A DNA stretch of 64,000 nucleotides from Octopus sinensis (taxonomy: Eukaryota), in assembly GCF_006345805.1 (NCBI RefSeq), contig NC_043019.1:30317360-30381359 (forward strand), written 5' to 3'. Positions 13,423 through 27,565 of the stretch are shown one piece after another. The position numbers and the translations under genes are program-made. Every line of letters starts with the position of its first letter. Position 1 is the first letter of the stretch. The notes under the pieces are model-generated. The model was not told where the DNA came from, did no database searches, and was given only the letters and a program-made list of their open reading frames with translations.

Positions 13423-14485
13423 TACACAAAGAGCTTCTTTCAGTGTCCGTCTACCAAATCTACTCACAAGGTTTTGGTCAGCCTGAGACTATAGTAAAAG
13501 GCACTCACCCAAAGTGCCATGCAGCGGGACCGAACCCAGAACCATGTAGTTGGAAAGCAAGCTTCTTACCACACAGCCATGCCTGCGCTTGATTGTCATG
13601 ATGATGAGGGAGAGAGGGGAGACGCAGGCACATGCACACACACACAGAAGATCTTTCAACTTATCAGTCTGTGGTTATACTGGAGCACCAGCTTCAAAGA
13701 GTTAATCAAACACATTGCCCTCACTACCTTTTTCTATTTTTTAAAGTCACTTTTGCCAAACTGCTAAGTTACAGGGACGTAAACAAACCAACAGTAGTTG
13801 TCAAGCAGTGCTGGGACACATATAGACAGCAGGCTTCTTTCAATTTCCATCTAGCAAGTCCACTCACAAGACTCTGATCAGCCTGGGTCTATAATAGAAG
13901 AGACCAAGACACAACTCAGATGGGTTCAGTCCCACTATCAAGGCACTACCAAGTGTCTTAGAGGCAGGATTGAACCCAAGACAACAAGGTAGGGAAGCAA
14001 ACTTCTTAACCACACAGCCATGCTTGCACTGGGATAACTACTTAACGTTGAGCGAATATTGAGGTAAACAGTATATATGGTGGATGGGTGGGTGGGTGGA
14101 AACTGGGGTAAACTAGTTTGTGACCCTGTAAATAATGTAGCAAACAAGTGGGGTTTTTGTCTGCTCACTGATAGTTGACAAAATAATTCTGTGATACAAA
14201 GGTCAGAATAGGAATCAATTAGAATAATGAAATAAGTACGTCTTTTCATTACCAGCTCATTACTTTTACATCAGTGGCTAATAAATTAATTACAATTTCT
14301 TTATATTATCCAGAAATGGTTTATGTCTTTTTTTTTCCTTTTTTTGGTCTTTTCTGTTATTATTTACGGTTTTAGATGTATAGAAATGATTAGTGGTGTC
14401 ACAATAACACAAAACTGCTCAATGATAGAACAGAAAGCTCTTTGAAGTTGTTCATATAAGAAAAATGTATGCTTTGTCTACAGGA

Positions 14486-14910
14486 ATGGCTGTGTGGTAA
14501 GAAGCTTGCTTCCCAACCACATAGTTTCAGGTTCAGTCCCACTGCATGGTACCTTGGGCAAGTGTCTTCTACAACAGCCTCAAGCCGACCAAAGACTTGT
14601 GGGTGGATTTGGTAAACAAAAACTGAAAAGAAGCCTGTCACACATATATATGACATGTGTGTGTGTGTGTGTGTACAGGGGGGCGAGTATGTATTTGTGT
14701 GTCTGTGTTTATCCCCCTCCCCCACTGTCGCTTAACAACAGATGTTGGTGTGTTTACGTACCTGTAACTTAATGGGTTCAGCAAAAGAGACCGATAGAAT
14801 AAGTACTAGGCTTACAAAGAATAAGTCCTGAGGTCAATTTGTTTGACTAAAAGGCGATGCTCCAGCATGGCTGCAGTCAAATGACTGAAACAAATAAAAG
14901 AGTAAAAGAG
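14486..14910 (+). mobile_element. SINE, same family as 13046-13422
   Basis: Same head, body and tail motifs; boundaries approximate. Confidence 0.8.
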
Positions 14911-15061
14911 AGTTGGCCTAACGTGGAATAGCTGCCAAGGACTGCATTGATTGGTTGCTAATTTGGCATAGAATGGTTGGTCAGTACGGTACAGGATGTT
15001 TGGTTTGGATGGTTGGTGCGAATGGTATGGGATGTTTGGATAGTAGGAGATGCTTACTTAA

Positions 15062-15430
15062 CCCTTTTGATACTAACCTGCATGAAACTGGCTCTGTTTT
15101 CAAAAGTTCTGAATTAAAATCTTCCACCAGACCTTAGTCATAATTTATGTTCCTAACACTAACTTAATTATAACTAAGCTATTTTACTAAATTTTTTGTT
15201 ATATTTAATCCTTTCGATACCAAGCCAGCTGAAACCAGCTCTGGCACTGTAGTACAAATGTCTTGTTTTCATAAGCTCTGAATTAAAATCTTCCGCCAAA
15301 CCTTAGTCACAATTTATGTTCCTAACACTAGCTAAATGATAACTAAGTTATTTTACTAAATTCTTTGTTATATTTAAAATTAATTGAAAGAAACACAGAG
15401 CATCTCAGCAGAAATATGGTAGCAAAAGGG
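15062..15430. mobile_element. Family-B MITE, partial tandem duplication
   Basis: The GATAC..GAAAC..TTACTAAA block occurs twice (about 15062-15207 and 15208-15430) between TTAA sites. Confidence 0.75.
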
Positions 15431-16567
15431 TTAAAGATGAAGTAATATCAATGTTGTGTAGGTTTAAGAGGACACCAGTTGATAATGAAATTTCTTCACA
15501 GTCACTTGACTGCTAAAAATAGCAGCCAAATTTTTTGTAAACATTCTTGGCAATCATCAACTCTCTACCAGAGAACTATTTAAGTGTTAGAAAGAAGATA
15601 CAGCTAATCTCTTTCATAATAAATATATATTTCTATGTCTTGAAATTCAGATATATTTTTTTATGATAATTCTAAACAATAACACTCGTTCTCTTTTTGT
15701 ATCTAATTAAATATATTCTGTATTTAATGTCGAAACATCAGAAGGGTTTATCTCAAAAGCAAGGAAGCTCACAGCAGCAACCAGATTTCCCTTGACAAAC
15801 CCACCACTGTCTTTAATAACTTGGTTGATCTAACAGCCCACGTTTTTGTAATACAAACAAGACAGTGACATTTCTTCAACAGATATCCTAACACAGAAGG
15901 CAGAATTGATTATCCTATATCTTTTATCATGTACTTGATTCAGTGCTTGCACTGTGACCATACTGGAATGCTGCCTTGATTAGTCGAACAAATTGACCCC
16001 CACTACTTATTCTATCATAGCCCTTTGCTGAACCAGCGACATAGATAAACCAACACTTGTTGTCAAACGAGGCTTCTTTCGATTTCCATCAAGCAAATTT
16101 ATTAACACGGCTTTGGTTGGCCCAGAGTTATAGTAGATAACTTACTCAAGGTACTGTGCAATAGGACTGAACCCAAGACCATATAGTTAAGTAGCAAGCT
16201 TCTTAATCATACAGCTACATCCATGCTGGATTACCTTTATGTAAGAATTTCTATTTAAAACAAAATTTTGCTTGTTGCTGATTAAACTTTGCTACCAAGT
16301 AGCAAATGATACTCGAGTACTTTAATGCTTCTATAGTCTTCTTTCTTACACTGTACCTAGCTTCAAAATTGCTTCCAATTAAACAATATTTTATATATTT
16401 CATCATTTCAAAATAATTTTTATAAAAACACTGCTTATAATATTCAAAAAATTTAGAAATTAAATATTAAAAGATTAGGGAGAGTTTACGAAAAAAACAA
16501 ACGACGAAGACAGGTGGTGTACAAAACAAACAGATGTATTAGTATAACGCTCAGGAATAGAAAAAGT

Positions 16568-16603
16568 CTTTTATGTTTCGAGCCTACGTTCTTCTACAGA
16601 AAG
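16568..16603 (-). ncRNA. Degenerate hammerhead-like motif within Penelope-like fragment at about 16490-16680
   Basis: CTTT CTGTAGA A GAAC GTAG GCTC GAAA CA T A AAAG; same family as 7706-7743. Confidence 0.4.
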
Positions 16604-17065
16604 GGACACAGAAAAAGCAAGGAAGAAACAAGGAGAGAAAAAAATGTGTGTAGTGGCTAACGATCTATCATGGCGATCATATTATATTAATTAGTATGTA
16701 ATTGAATATAATATGTACTGAAGTGTAATAAATTAAGTATTAGGTCTTGAGTTTGTCCTAACTGAACTAGATGTATCTTCGGATATATGGAATAAATATG
16801 CATGAATACATGCATGTGTATGTGTGTCCATGAGTGCACATGCATACACTTTACAATTGAGATTCATATTGGTTTCTTCTTTGGTAATCTTCTGCTTCCA
16901 CAGACTTACTAGAACAATGTGAAGGAAGTTCTTCATGCTGTCTGTCTGTATTCAAGTATATGGCATATTGCAAAACTATCCAATGACTATTAGTGGTGGT
17001 GATAGTAAGGATGATGGTAGAGGAAGGGATCATGGTAAGGGGTAGCAAAACAAAACTGCATGTGT

Positions 17066-17108
<43 letters not shown>

Positions 17109-18177
17109 TAACAGTATGAAGCAGTTGTAAGGGGTGGAATGGGGGTAGACAGAGTCTGGCTTGTGGCTCTGCTGGAGTTATTTACTGCTAAGCTAAGGAC
17201 TTCTGTGAATAGATAACAAAGGCACTGATAACAATGGTAAGGAAATAGGGTGATGAGTAGGGTGCAGGGAGGACATGCTCTGAACAATGAGCAATTAACA
17301 GAAGGGGGTGAAACAAAAAGGAAGATGAAGGAGCCAGAGAGATTTCCTGAAATATTAACCAAATGTTGAGTGAGATTTTTTTTCTTTTTTATAGGGTGAG
17401 GAGGGGTATATTGTCGATGGTTTCTATCCTGTTGTTGTGCTATTCATTTAGCCCTAGGCTACTTCTGATACAGCAGATTCATAATCAAGGCCATTCCATA
17501 TTTTTCTTCAGATATATCATCTCCTTTATCTAAAGCAGTGGTTCTCAGCCAATTTTTGTCTATGGACCCCTTCGATTCCCATTTCCTATTTTACTTTACT
17601 GGACCTCCTTAACCATTCAATGTTTTGAAATATTCTTTTATATCATTAGGAAATGTATAAAAACATTAAAATAACAATTTTAATCTTTTGTGTATTTCTA
17701 GAAGTATTAGCAATTTATTGCACATAAATTTTAACAATAAAGTCTTGTATGGACCCCAGTCGAGAACCACTAATCGAATGCATCCTTCCATTTTAAAGCT
17801 AGTACAGTATGAGGGGAGAGATTTAATTGCTATTTCTAGCAACCACACAGAAGCTATGAAACACCCCCATCCCCACCCTCCCAAATTGTTGCTTTTTTTT
17901 TTTTGCTAGTTGGGTAATGTTGATATAAATCTGTGCTTGGAGCTGATGACCTCTGTGATCCAGAGACTTAGGCCTCTGCAGGATCTGACACAGCAGACCT
18001 ATGATCGAAAATTGAACTCAATGGAATTTGGACAACACAAAAAGCCCGAAGAAATGAAGAAGAAATGCTGCTAGATATTTTGTCCTGTGTACTAACAATT
18101 AAGTCCTTCAACAATAAATTATGCTTTTTATCTACATCCGTTGCCAGTCTTCATTCACAACAAGCCAACCTCTAGAC

Positions 18178-18495
18178 CAGTGGTTTTCAACTGGGGGTGG
18201 GGTCCATATAGGATTTGGTGGGGAGGGGGTTCCCAATAGTATTTTAAGAGTCTCTGAAAACATTTTGCTTTAAATGTATGCATTGGTATGTATTGCAAGA
18301 AACAGCTAGGTTTCTTTCTCTAACATTTTACAAAGTTGAACCTACACAATGTGTGAGAAACAAAATAGGAATTTCGGAAGAAGTTTCTATAACACTAATT
18401 TTTAAACATTGTATGGCTATGGAGGGTGGGGGTCCACCAGAGTAAAATAGCAAACAAAGGGGTCCATGAATGAAAAAAATGGTTGAGAACCCCTA
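18178..18495. mobile_element. hAT (Charlie-like) MITE
   Basis: CAGTGGTTTTCAAC / GTTGAGAACCCCTA termini. Decayed 8-bp TSD CTCTAGAC / TGCTAGAC. Confidence 0.7.
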
Positions 18496-18864
18496 TGCTA
18501 GACTGAAGCCGCCCACTTTTACCGCTGATTATTACCATGCAGTCAAGACATTAGCCAACAAAGGAGTTTCTATGCTACTGCTCATCTAATTGCAAATAAC
18601 AGCAAAACCTTCCCAAATCATACCTACTATCTTCTTATGAGAAAAAGATGGAGGGAAAAAATTAATAAAACAGCATAATGCTGTACCGGAAAGATTGCAT
18701 CTGAGTAGATAGATGATGGGATGGTTAATGTCTGGAATATTTTTCAAAAATTTTTAGGATCAGGATGGGGCTGAATCACAACAAGACAAGCTGTGTACAG
18801 GTTAGAACTGTACATTATATACCAGATATACCATACATGGATTATGATATATATATAAACCTAT

Positions 18865-19285
18865 TCTTTTATTTGTTTCAGTCATTTGACTGCAGCCATG
18901 CTGGAGCACTGCCTTAAATGAGTTTTAGTCAAACAAATCGACCCCAGGACTTATTTTCTAAAGCCTCGTACTTATTCTATTGGTCTCTTTGCTGAACCGC
19001 TAAGTTATAGGGAAGTAAACACACCAACATCAGTTGTCAAGTGATGATGTGGGGACAAATACAGACACAAAGACACACACAAATATATACACACACACAT
19101 ACATACATACATACACACATATATACGACAGACTTCTTTCAGTTTCCATCTATCAAATCCATTCACAAGGCTTTGATCAGCCTGAGGCTATAGTAGAAGA
19201 TACTTGCCCAAGGTGCCACACAGTGGGACTGAACCTGGAACCATATGGTTAAGAAGCTAGCTTCTTACCACACAACCATGCCTGG
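18865..19285 (-). mobile_element. SINE, same family as 13046-13422
   Basis: Same motifs in reverse orientation; boundaries approximate. Confidence 0.8.
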
Positions 19286-19626
19286 CCTACGTAGCAGAAA
19301 AACAAATAGACTGAAATAATAATGAACAGCCTTTGAATCTTATAGGGTTCTCATCAGAAATAGCAGCTAAATCTCTCACAAGCCACACCATAACACCTTG
19401 AAAGCAGTCAAAGAATATAGTCCTAAATACACAACATCTAACAAAAACAGAAAAAGAAAAAGGAAAAGCAAGAAATGGTAGAGGTGGCATATTTAGAACA
19501 TCTTTAACCTTTTGATGTTTAAACCGGCCATATTCAACCCAAATATTTGTTCTGTTTTAAGCTCAAACTGGTCACAACCACATCTCACATCTAGCCTCAA
19601 ATATCATTCTAAAGATAAACAATCAC

Positions 19627-19809
19627 ATTATTTACATTTGATGGATATTTGTCCTCATCTTGTTTGTTGTTAACACAACGTTTTGGCTAATATACCCTCC
19701 AGCCTTCATCAGGTGCCTTGGGGGAAATTAACAACAAACAAGATGAGGACAAATATCTGTCAAATGTAAATAATGTACATAATTCCCCATCTCTTAAATA
19801 TAGAACTGT
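19627..19809. mobile_element. Penelope-like pseudo-LTR remnant in inverted configuration with 12-bp TSD
   Basis: TSD ATAAACAATCAC (19615-19626, 19810-19821). 49-bp inverted arms (19625-19673, 19728-19776) enclose a hammerhead-like motif. Confidence 0.65.
19674..19715 (-). ncRNA. Minimal type I hammerhead ribozyme-like motif (G12>A)
   Basis: CAC CTGATGA A GGCT-loop-AGCC AAAA CG T T GTG: stem I CAC/GTG, stem II GGCT/AGCC, palindromic ACGT stem III. Confidence 0.6.
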
Positions 19810-20334
19810 ATAAACAATCACGTCATCAAAATCTCAGAATTATGAGATAATGCATGATTAATTCAAAAGAATATGAATAAATAAGCATTATCTGTGACGA
19901 AATAATCCGAATGCTAAAGGGTTGATCATAGATTTGCACGATCAAGGCTGACCTCTGAGAATGAGAAACAGAGGAATTCTCAACCTTCAATAACATTAAT
20001 TATGGCATTAACACAATACAATTTACTAATTTTTTTTCATTCTGTTTCATTATTCCTGTAATTATTTACGGAAATTCCCTTTGAGAACATTAAGAATTCT
20101 CCAATGGTTGTTGCTATGTATAAAAACAAAATGGCCTTCCTTCAAAAACCGTTTCTGAAACCTCATAATCAGAAGGCAGTTCTTTCTATATATCCCTTCT
20201 TACCTTTATAGTCTTTATATCTCCATCCTTCCCTCTTTCCAATGGTCCTTTATCTCTCATATTCCTTCTCTGCTGCTTACACACACACACACAATTTAAA
20301 ATAAGAACAATAAATTTGGAGCATAGATTATATA

Positions 20335-20728
20335 TCTATATATATAAAGCTGAAGTTGTCTGTGTGCGGCAGGTTTGGTAGCCTTCAACTAACACTATCT
20401 TCTCTGAGACCCTGCGGCGCAAGTTGACCAAAATTGAGAGTATGAGAGAAGAAGGCTTGCTCTTCCTTCCGTAGAAGAAAAAAATTCAAATCGGGCCATG
20501 TTAAGACCAAAAATTATTTACATCAAAAGGTGCTTTTTTTCTATGAAAATCCCTATTTCTTACGACTTTTTGACTGCTGTGTCGCCATTTTTCAGTGTAT
20601 TTCATTCAACCAGAAAACTGTTCACTTAAAGAGAATAACAAGCTACATAATGCAAAATTTTTACTTTTCAAAAATTCCAATTCTAAAGGGTCGAAACAAA
20701 CCTGAGCAATGCCGGGCTATACTGCTAG
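20335..20728 (+). mobile_element. Non-autonomous Helitron, family 1
   Basis: Inserted between A and T. 5' TCTATATATATAAAG, subterminal GC hairpin remnant CCTGAGCAATGCCGGG and 3' CTAG. Confidence 0.65.
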
Positions 20729-23700
20729 TTTATTTAAAAAACTTCATATACATGTCCACATATATACAGATATGATACTCATACATATACAGATATTATA
20801 CTCACACACACACACACACACCTCTAGGTTTCCAAGTCTAAAGAGAAATTAAATCTCAGATAACATTTCATCTCCACAGGTAAACAACAGCAGTAGCAGC
20901 AGTTCTTCACTCAATTACTCACATACTCTACAGGTGACTAATAATAATAAATATCTGAACCATCCTTTCAGTACAACTCCTCCAAAACAAGGAACTCCAC
21001 CCTTTCTTTCATTTCTCCTTCAGTAGAGTTATCACCTCACCTCTAACAATGCTATATAAACCACAGAGAACTGTCATTCTATAAGCAACAACAGCAACAA
21101 AAAAAAAAACAAACAAAAAAACAAAACAAAAAAACTCTTATATTTAGCTAAACCTCTTCACAGATAACAAAGGAGTAGGAAACTTGTTAAGAACATCTCA
21201 AGTACCATAATTCTTGTGTTTAATGCAAGTTCTCTCTGTAAGAATCGGTAAAAAAAAAAAAAAGGCAAGAAAAATACAGAAAAACAAAAATAAAAAGAAC
21301 TACTTGTTTCATTTATAATCTGAAATGAAAGCAGACAAGTGCAACTAAATGTTCTACACACACCATTCCCATGTGGCATATTAAATTACTGAACTGCAGC
21401 TCAAACATGGCTGCGTTGCCACATTCTACATGTTCTACCATGAAATGCTCATGGAGCAACTGAGTGGTCCCTCGACTTGCTAGAAATCTAGAAATACACA
21501 CCACTCTTGTTACATTGAATAATGTGTAAGCCTAGATATATTTATCTTTTGCTTGTTTCACTCATTAGACTGTGCGGCTGCGCTGGGGAACCACCTCGAA
21601 AGAATTTTTTGTAAAATGAATTGACCCCAATACCTTTTTTTCTTTTGTTCAGCCCGGTACTTATTCTATCAGCCTCTTATGCTGAACCATTAAGTTACAG
21701 GGACATAAACACACCAACACTGGTTGTCAAGCAGTGGGCAAGCGGGATACAAACAACACACGATGGTCTTCTTTCGGTATTTTAGAAAATAATGGAATTT
21801 GCACATCCGTATACAGGTTTCCTGTTATAGAGTGGCACACACCACACAAACTGTTTTTACTCATGTGTATTAGTCCATGTGTGTGAGAGAGATTTATATA
21901 CAGCCATGAATATATTTTTTGTAAGCTGAAGTCTCAGTTATTAAATCTGACTATTTTATCGCCACAGGTAAACAAAAATAATTTCCTTTATTGGCCACAA
22001 GGGTCCAAAACACTGAGGACATGACAAGGACAAAATACAAATGCAAAAATAGGGTTTACATCTAGTAAAAAGAAGTCAATAAAAACAATGAATATAACAA
22101 TAAAATTTTCAACACATTCCCCAACTGAGGGAAAAACCACCTGTGTAGAGTTCTTACCAAACAGCCATGCCTGTACCTGAACAATCAGGAAAAAAATGTA
22201 TTGTTTGAGAACCTTCAAATTTTAATAAAACAAACAGCACCACTAAATCTATTGAATACTTTTATTCCTGTTTGAGAACACAAATGTTCACCAATCCATC
22301 TGTTCCAGCCCTTATCTATTTTCCAAGTAAGGTTTTGGTTTTTCATTTCACTGGTCCTCGCATTTTAAAAGCTGAAACTTCAGGACTTTAAACAAAGACA
22401 CTAATTTTTTTCTGAGATGTTGTGAATGAAGACATGAGAAATTAGTGAAACGACACACACACACAACGGCTTCTCAGTTTCTGTCAAATAATTCTGGTCA
22501 CAAGGCATTGATTAGTTAACTCAAGACTACAGCAGAAGGCATCTGTCCAAGATGCCACACAGCAGAACCGATCTCAGAACCACTTGGTTATAAAACAAAC
22601 CTCATAACCATAAACCCACGCATGCTCCTATATAATATATAATTGCGTAAACAGAAGAGAAAAACTATCACCAGAAAGAAAAAAAAAACCAGCAAAGAAC
22701 GAATTGACAAAAGCACTCCACACTTAACAATCTATGTTGTATTCTATATTATAGCCAACTTGTGAAAATACTGACTGAAATACATCCCTACAAAAGTACA
22801 TTTCCCATACAGGGCAAACCACTTTGACAATCTTTAACAATTGAAGAATTTTAAACAGTTCTACAGAAGGAGAAGGGAACTGTGCCAGTTTCATTCTCCT
22901 CTTAAAATAATGGTTTCTCAAACAAAGGCAGAAAGTCAGACATTCTGAAAAAGAAAGAGAAATATCGACCCCACCTCCCAAAATATAGCTTGTACTAGTG
23001 CTTGTGGAAAGTTGAAACACAAAATCGACTTCGGCAGGATTTAAACTCAGAAAGTAAAAGGATGTAACTAAATGCTATTAAAAAGTCCCTCCAACCCATT
23101 TGATACCATAATGCCTAAATCTGCTTCTAGTTTTATGACAGAAGCCCCCTGTTTGAAAGAGATGAAAGTTAAAACCTTCCATTAAAATTTCATGTCAAAC
23201 AACCTTTATAATGGCAAAACAATTTTCACGAATTCTCTATGATTTTCAAAACTAACTGAAACAAAGATTGTGTATTTCAACCGAAATTTGGTAATGAAAG
23301 GGTTAACACTCTACTCTGGTACACACTGACCTGAGAGATAAGGATTTATAATAATCTTTTCAACTAACAGGCACAAAGCCTGATATTTCAGGGATTGGTC
23401 GAATTGATTACACTGACTCCAGTGCTTGACTTGTACTTATTTTATCGACCCCAAAATGATGAAACCCGGCTGAAACTGCCTCTGACTCTGTAGTACAAAT
23501 GTCTTATTTTCATAAGTTTTGAATTAAAATCTTCTACCAAACCTTAGTCACAATATATGTTCCTAACACTAGCTTAATGATAACTAAGTTATTTTACTAA
23601 ATTCCTTGTTATGTTTAAAATAACTGAAGGAAACACAGAGCATCTCAACAGAAATACGGTAACGAAAGGGTTAAAGATTCTGTCAATTTCCCCATCCTAT

Positions 23701-24232
23701 TAATAATTCTTACTCCTCAAGGCACAAGGCCTGAAATTTTGAGGGAGAGAGCTAGTTGATTACATTGATCCCAGTAGTTGAATGATTCTTATTTTATCGA
23801 CCCCGAAAAGATGAAAGGCAGAGTTGACCTTGGCAGAATTTCAACTCAGAATGTGAAGATGGACAATATGCCGATAAGTATTTTGCTGGGCATGGTAACG
23901 ATTCTGCCAGCCCACAATCTTAGATGATAATTTCTGATACAGGCACAATTAGGAACAGAAGGCACAGTCAATGATAACAACTGCAATATTTATTTTTCAC
24001 ATAGGCAGTTTGTTCTCTCTTTTGTATGTCCATTAAACTGACCCTGAGACTCGGCTAGTCTTCATTATATTTGGAACCCATCAGCCCAAAAGATGAACGG
24101 CAAAATTGAGTCAAGGTGGATATGAACTTACTTAGAATTTAAAAGTATATAACTAAATACTGCAAGGCATTTTGACTGACACTCCACAAATTCTGTTAAA
24201 ATGTCCGTCACTGACACTAACATTATCCTTAC

Positions 24233-24420
24233 CTCATTTTTAAAATAATGCAATCCAATTAAATACAGACTGGCCATTTCAGCACAAGACGCAGCAGCAG
24301 CAGAAGAAGAGGAGTTTGAAATAGCTGCACAGCAGCTGAAGAGGAAGTGAGAGGAAGAGAGCTAACGAGAAAACAATCATTAGTCTGTCGAGTTTAATCA
24401 ACTCAGCCGGGGTAGGAGAG
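24233..24420 (-). other. Candidate alternative first exon (5' UTR plus ATG AG, phase 2) in cytohesin intron 3
   Basis: TTTTAAAA-ATG-AG|GTAAGG (ATG 24237-24235, GT 24232-24231) with an in-frame TAA upstream. The UTR-like upstream sequence is non-repetitive and pyrimidine/CTG-rich. 5' boundary approximate. Confidence 0.5.
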
Positions 24421-27189
24421 GGTAGTAACGTCTGAGATAAAAACCTTAATTAGTCCAGCATATGTGAAATATCAGAGATTGGTCGAATGGAACTTCTTCC
24501 TATTCCATATAGCACAGAAAAGGCATTCTGTGTTTGTGTGTGTGGGGGGGGGGGGGGCTAGGAGAAATATATGCTATATATGAGAAAAGATAAGTAATTA
24601 CTAGTTCTGGGGCATTCTTTAATGGACATTGGTAGACAGTAATTAATTAGAACAAAACAGACATCATTAATTAACTTGGTCAAAACCATTGAAATATGTA
24701 ACTGAATACATTCAGAGGTGGGCAACACACAACTAAACAGATAACAAGATCTTGCAGACCGATGATGAAGACTAGAAGTTTAAAGGAAGTGTTTCTTCCT
24801 TCTTTCCTTCCACTCAATCTATTCATTGTCAGAGAATCCAGTCAATAATTATCGACTAGAATGTCTTCTGCCTCAAAATTCATTCATTCACACACACACA
24901 CACACAGCTTTTATCATTTATTTGTTTCAGTCATTGGATGGCAGCCATGCAAGGATACTGCCCTGAGGAGTTTAGCTGAACAAACTGACCCCAGTACTTA
25001 TATTTTCTTTTTAAAAACCTAATACATATTCCATCAGTCTCTTCTGCTGAACCACTAAGTTACTGGGATGCAAATAAAGGCAGTGCTCCAGCATGGCTGA
25101 AACAAATAAAAGAATAAACCAACACCAGCTGGCAAGTGGTGGTGGGGGACAAACACAAAGCCATGGGGTAAAAAGGGCATAGACTGCCTTCAGTCATAAA
25201 TGACCATGGGATTGCACCTAGAAAGACCCCCCCCCACCAAGGCACAAGTTTGGGTAAGGTTGTGTATGGAAGACCAGCAGTCGCCCATGCATACCAGCCT
25301 CCCCTCTCCATGCCACCAGTGTTATCCAAGGAAAAGGCCGATACAGCTGGGCACCTGTGACGTCACAACTCATTTCTACAGCTGAGTGAACGTGAACAAA
25401 GTGAAATAAAGTGTCTTGCTCAAGAACACAACACACTGCCCTGTCCAGGAACCAAACTCGCTACCTCATGATTGTGAGCTTGACTCTTGAACCACCGAGT
25501 CATGTACCTTCACTCAAAGTCACAAACACATAGATATATACATATATATATTCATATATGATGAGCTTCTTTCAGTTTGTCTACCAAATCCACTCACAAA
25601 GCTTTGGTCAGCCAAGGCGCCGGGTAATGGGACTGAATTTGGAATCATAAGGTTGGGAAAGAAGACTTTTTACCATCCTGCCAAATACATATATACACAT
25701 TCATGTGTGTATCTGTGTGTGTGCATGCATATGTACACATGTTACCACAAGCTGTATGTATCACAAAGAGGAACACCAAATCACTTTTGTACAATATAAA
25801 AACAAACCTTCTCCCCTGCTTTCCCTAAACTTTTAGGTCAAAATGACAGAATATATAAATAGACACCAGAGGACAGGAAAAAATATTTCCATTGTGTTGT
25901 GTAGTGATGTTTATTTATTTATTTTTTTCTGACTGGCTTCAGTCATTGGACAGTAGCCACAGAGGGTTTGGATGGGGGATGGGGAGATGGTCACAGTCAT
26001 ATATCATGTTGATAATACTACTACTCATACCACACCCAATAATTGTAGACTGGCACTAGCTGCCCCCACTAAGATGAAAGGCAGAGGTGACCTAGCAAGA
26101 CCTTTAACTCATTCACACAAACTCATACTTCCCCCATGGTTGGTAAGTTCTTGCATGAATGCAACAAATGCCTAAGTTCATATGGGTATAAATAACAAAT
26201 CCAATTTTAATATAAATCCTTCATTTTCATGAGACACAGCTGGAAAGCAAGCAGATAATACATGCTGTATATGTAGCCTAGTTCAAATGATATGGGTTTT
26301 GGTTTTTAAAACTGCATGCTTAGGGTTAAGTACCAGCAGTTGCTCCTGATATAAACATTGGAGGGGAAAACCTTGGTTGATGTCCCCCCCCCCGACTAAG
26401 ATATTTTCTCTGCCATCTACTTTTTGATACACTCTAAGGCCAAAATTAAAACTAAACCAACCAATCCTGAAGTCAGCCGGTAATTAGGTCAACAGTTTAC
26501 TTGGGTACAGTAATAATTGTACCACAAGAGCCCTTGGTCACTGCACATGTGTCAACAATGAATTAGCAATATTGATATTGGCCTTACTTCACCCACTCCC
26601 CCCCACACACACTTCAAGATGACTAGGGAGCCTCTGCTTGATCTGCTAGAAATAGCAGCTAAATCTCTTTCAAATCGAATGCTACCACTTTAATAATTAG
26701 GAGTAGGGGGCACATTGAATAATGTGATCTAGAGTTCTCTGTATAAAGGGGAAAAGAAAAAAGAATAGTCATGTCTGGAATGCCTTTGACCACAAATTTT
26801 CTTAACGAGGGAGATTAACTGGGGCTAAATGACATACATTTCATTTATGTGGTAGACATTTGATACATACATATCATTAGCTTCATTTAATGCCCTTTTT
26901 TCCAAGCTGGCAATGGACTGGATGGTTCGATATGTAGAAGCAAGCCAAGGGGCATGGTTTCTACAGCTGGATACCCTTCCTAATGCCAAACACTTCACAG
27001 AATGTACTGGGTGTTTTATTTTTACTTGGCACCAGCACTGACAAGGTCATGAAGTAACTTACGAAACAAGACCCTTCAATGGAGGTGGGTATGGAATTGA
27101 GGAATAAGAGACTAAGAAAGAAAGACAGGAACAGGTGTCTTGCAGAAGGGTTTGCATACATGGCTTGCCAATCTGGAAAGAGAGTGACT

Positions 27190-27224
<35 letters not shown>

Positions 27225-27431
27225 CTCATCATCATCTTCATTAATGTCCGTCTTCCATGCTAGCATGGGTGGGACGGTACCACAAGAGCCAGCCAGGCCG
27301 AAGCCTGCACCAGACTTCTTCGACTGTTTTAGCACGATTTTTACAGCTGGATGCCCTTCCTAACACCAACCACTTGGCAGAATGGACTTGTTACGTTTTA
27401 CATGGGACAAGTGAAGGCGAGCTAAGTAGTG

Positions 27432-27483
<52 letters not shown>

Positions 27484-27565
27484 ATATATATATATGTGAC
27501 CTCGTGAGTACCGCCAGTGATTTTTTTCCTCTGTCTTCCCTTCTCGGGATCTTTCCTTCTCCTAT

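Larger units (their letters stand above)
19508..19921. mobile_element. piggyBac-type MITE family A interrupted by a Penelope-like insertion
   Basis: TTAA-CCTTTTG start and CTAAAGGG end. Internal insertion 19627-19809 with 12-bp TSD. Confidence 0.75.

Noticed and set aside
24288-24350. Plus-strand DAAAAEEEEFEIAAQQLKRK
   Set aside because: Short, with no start or splice context; better explained as the antisense of a CTG/CTT-rich UTR.
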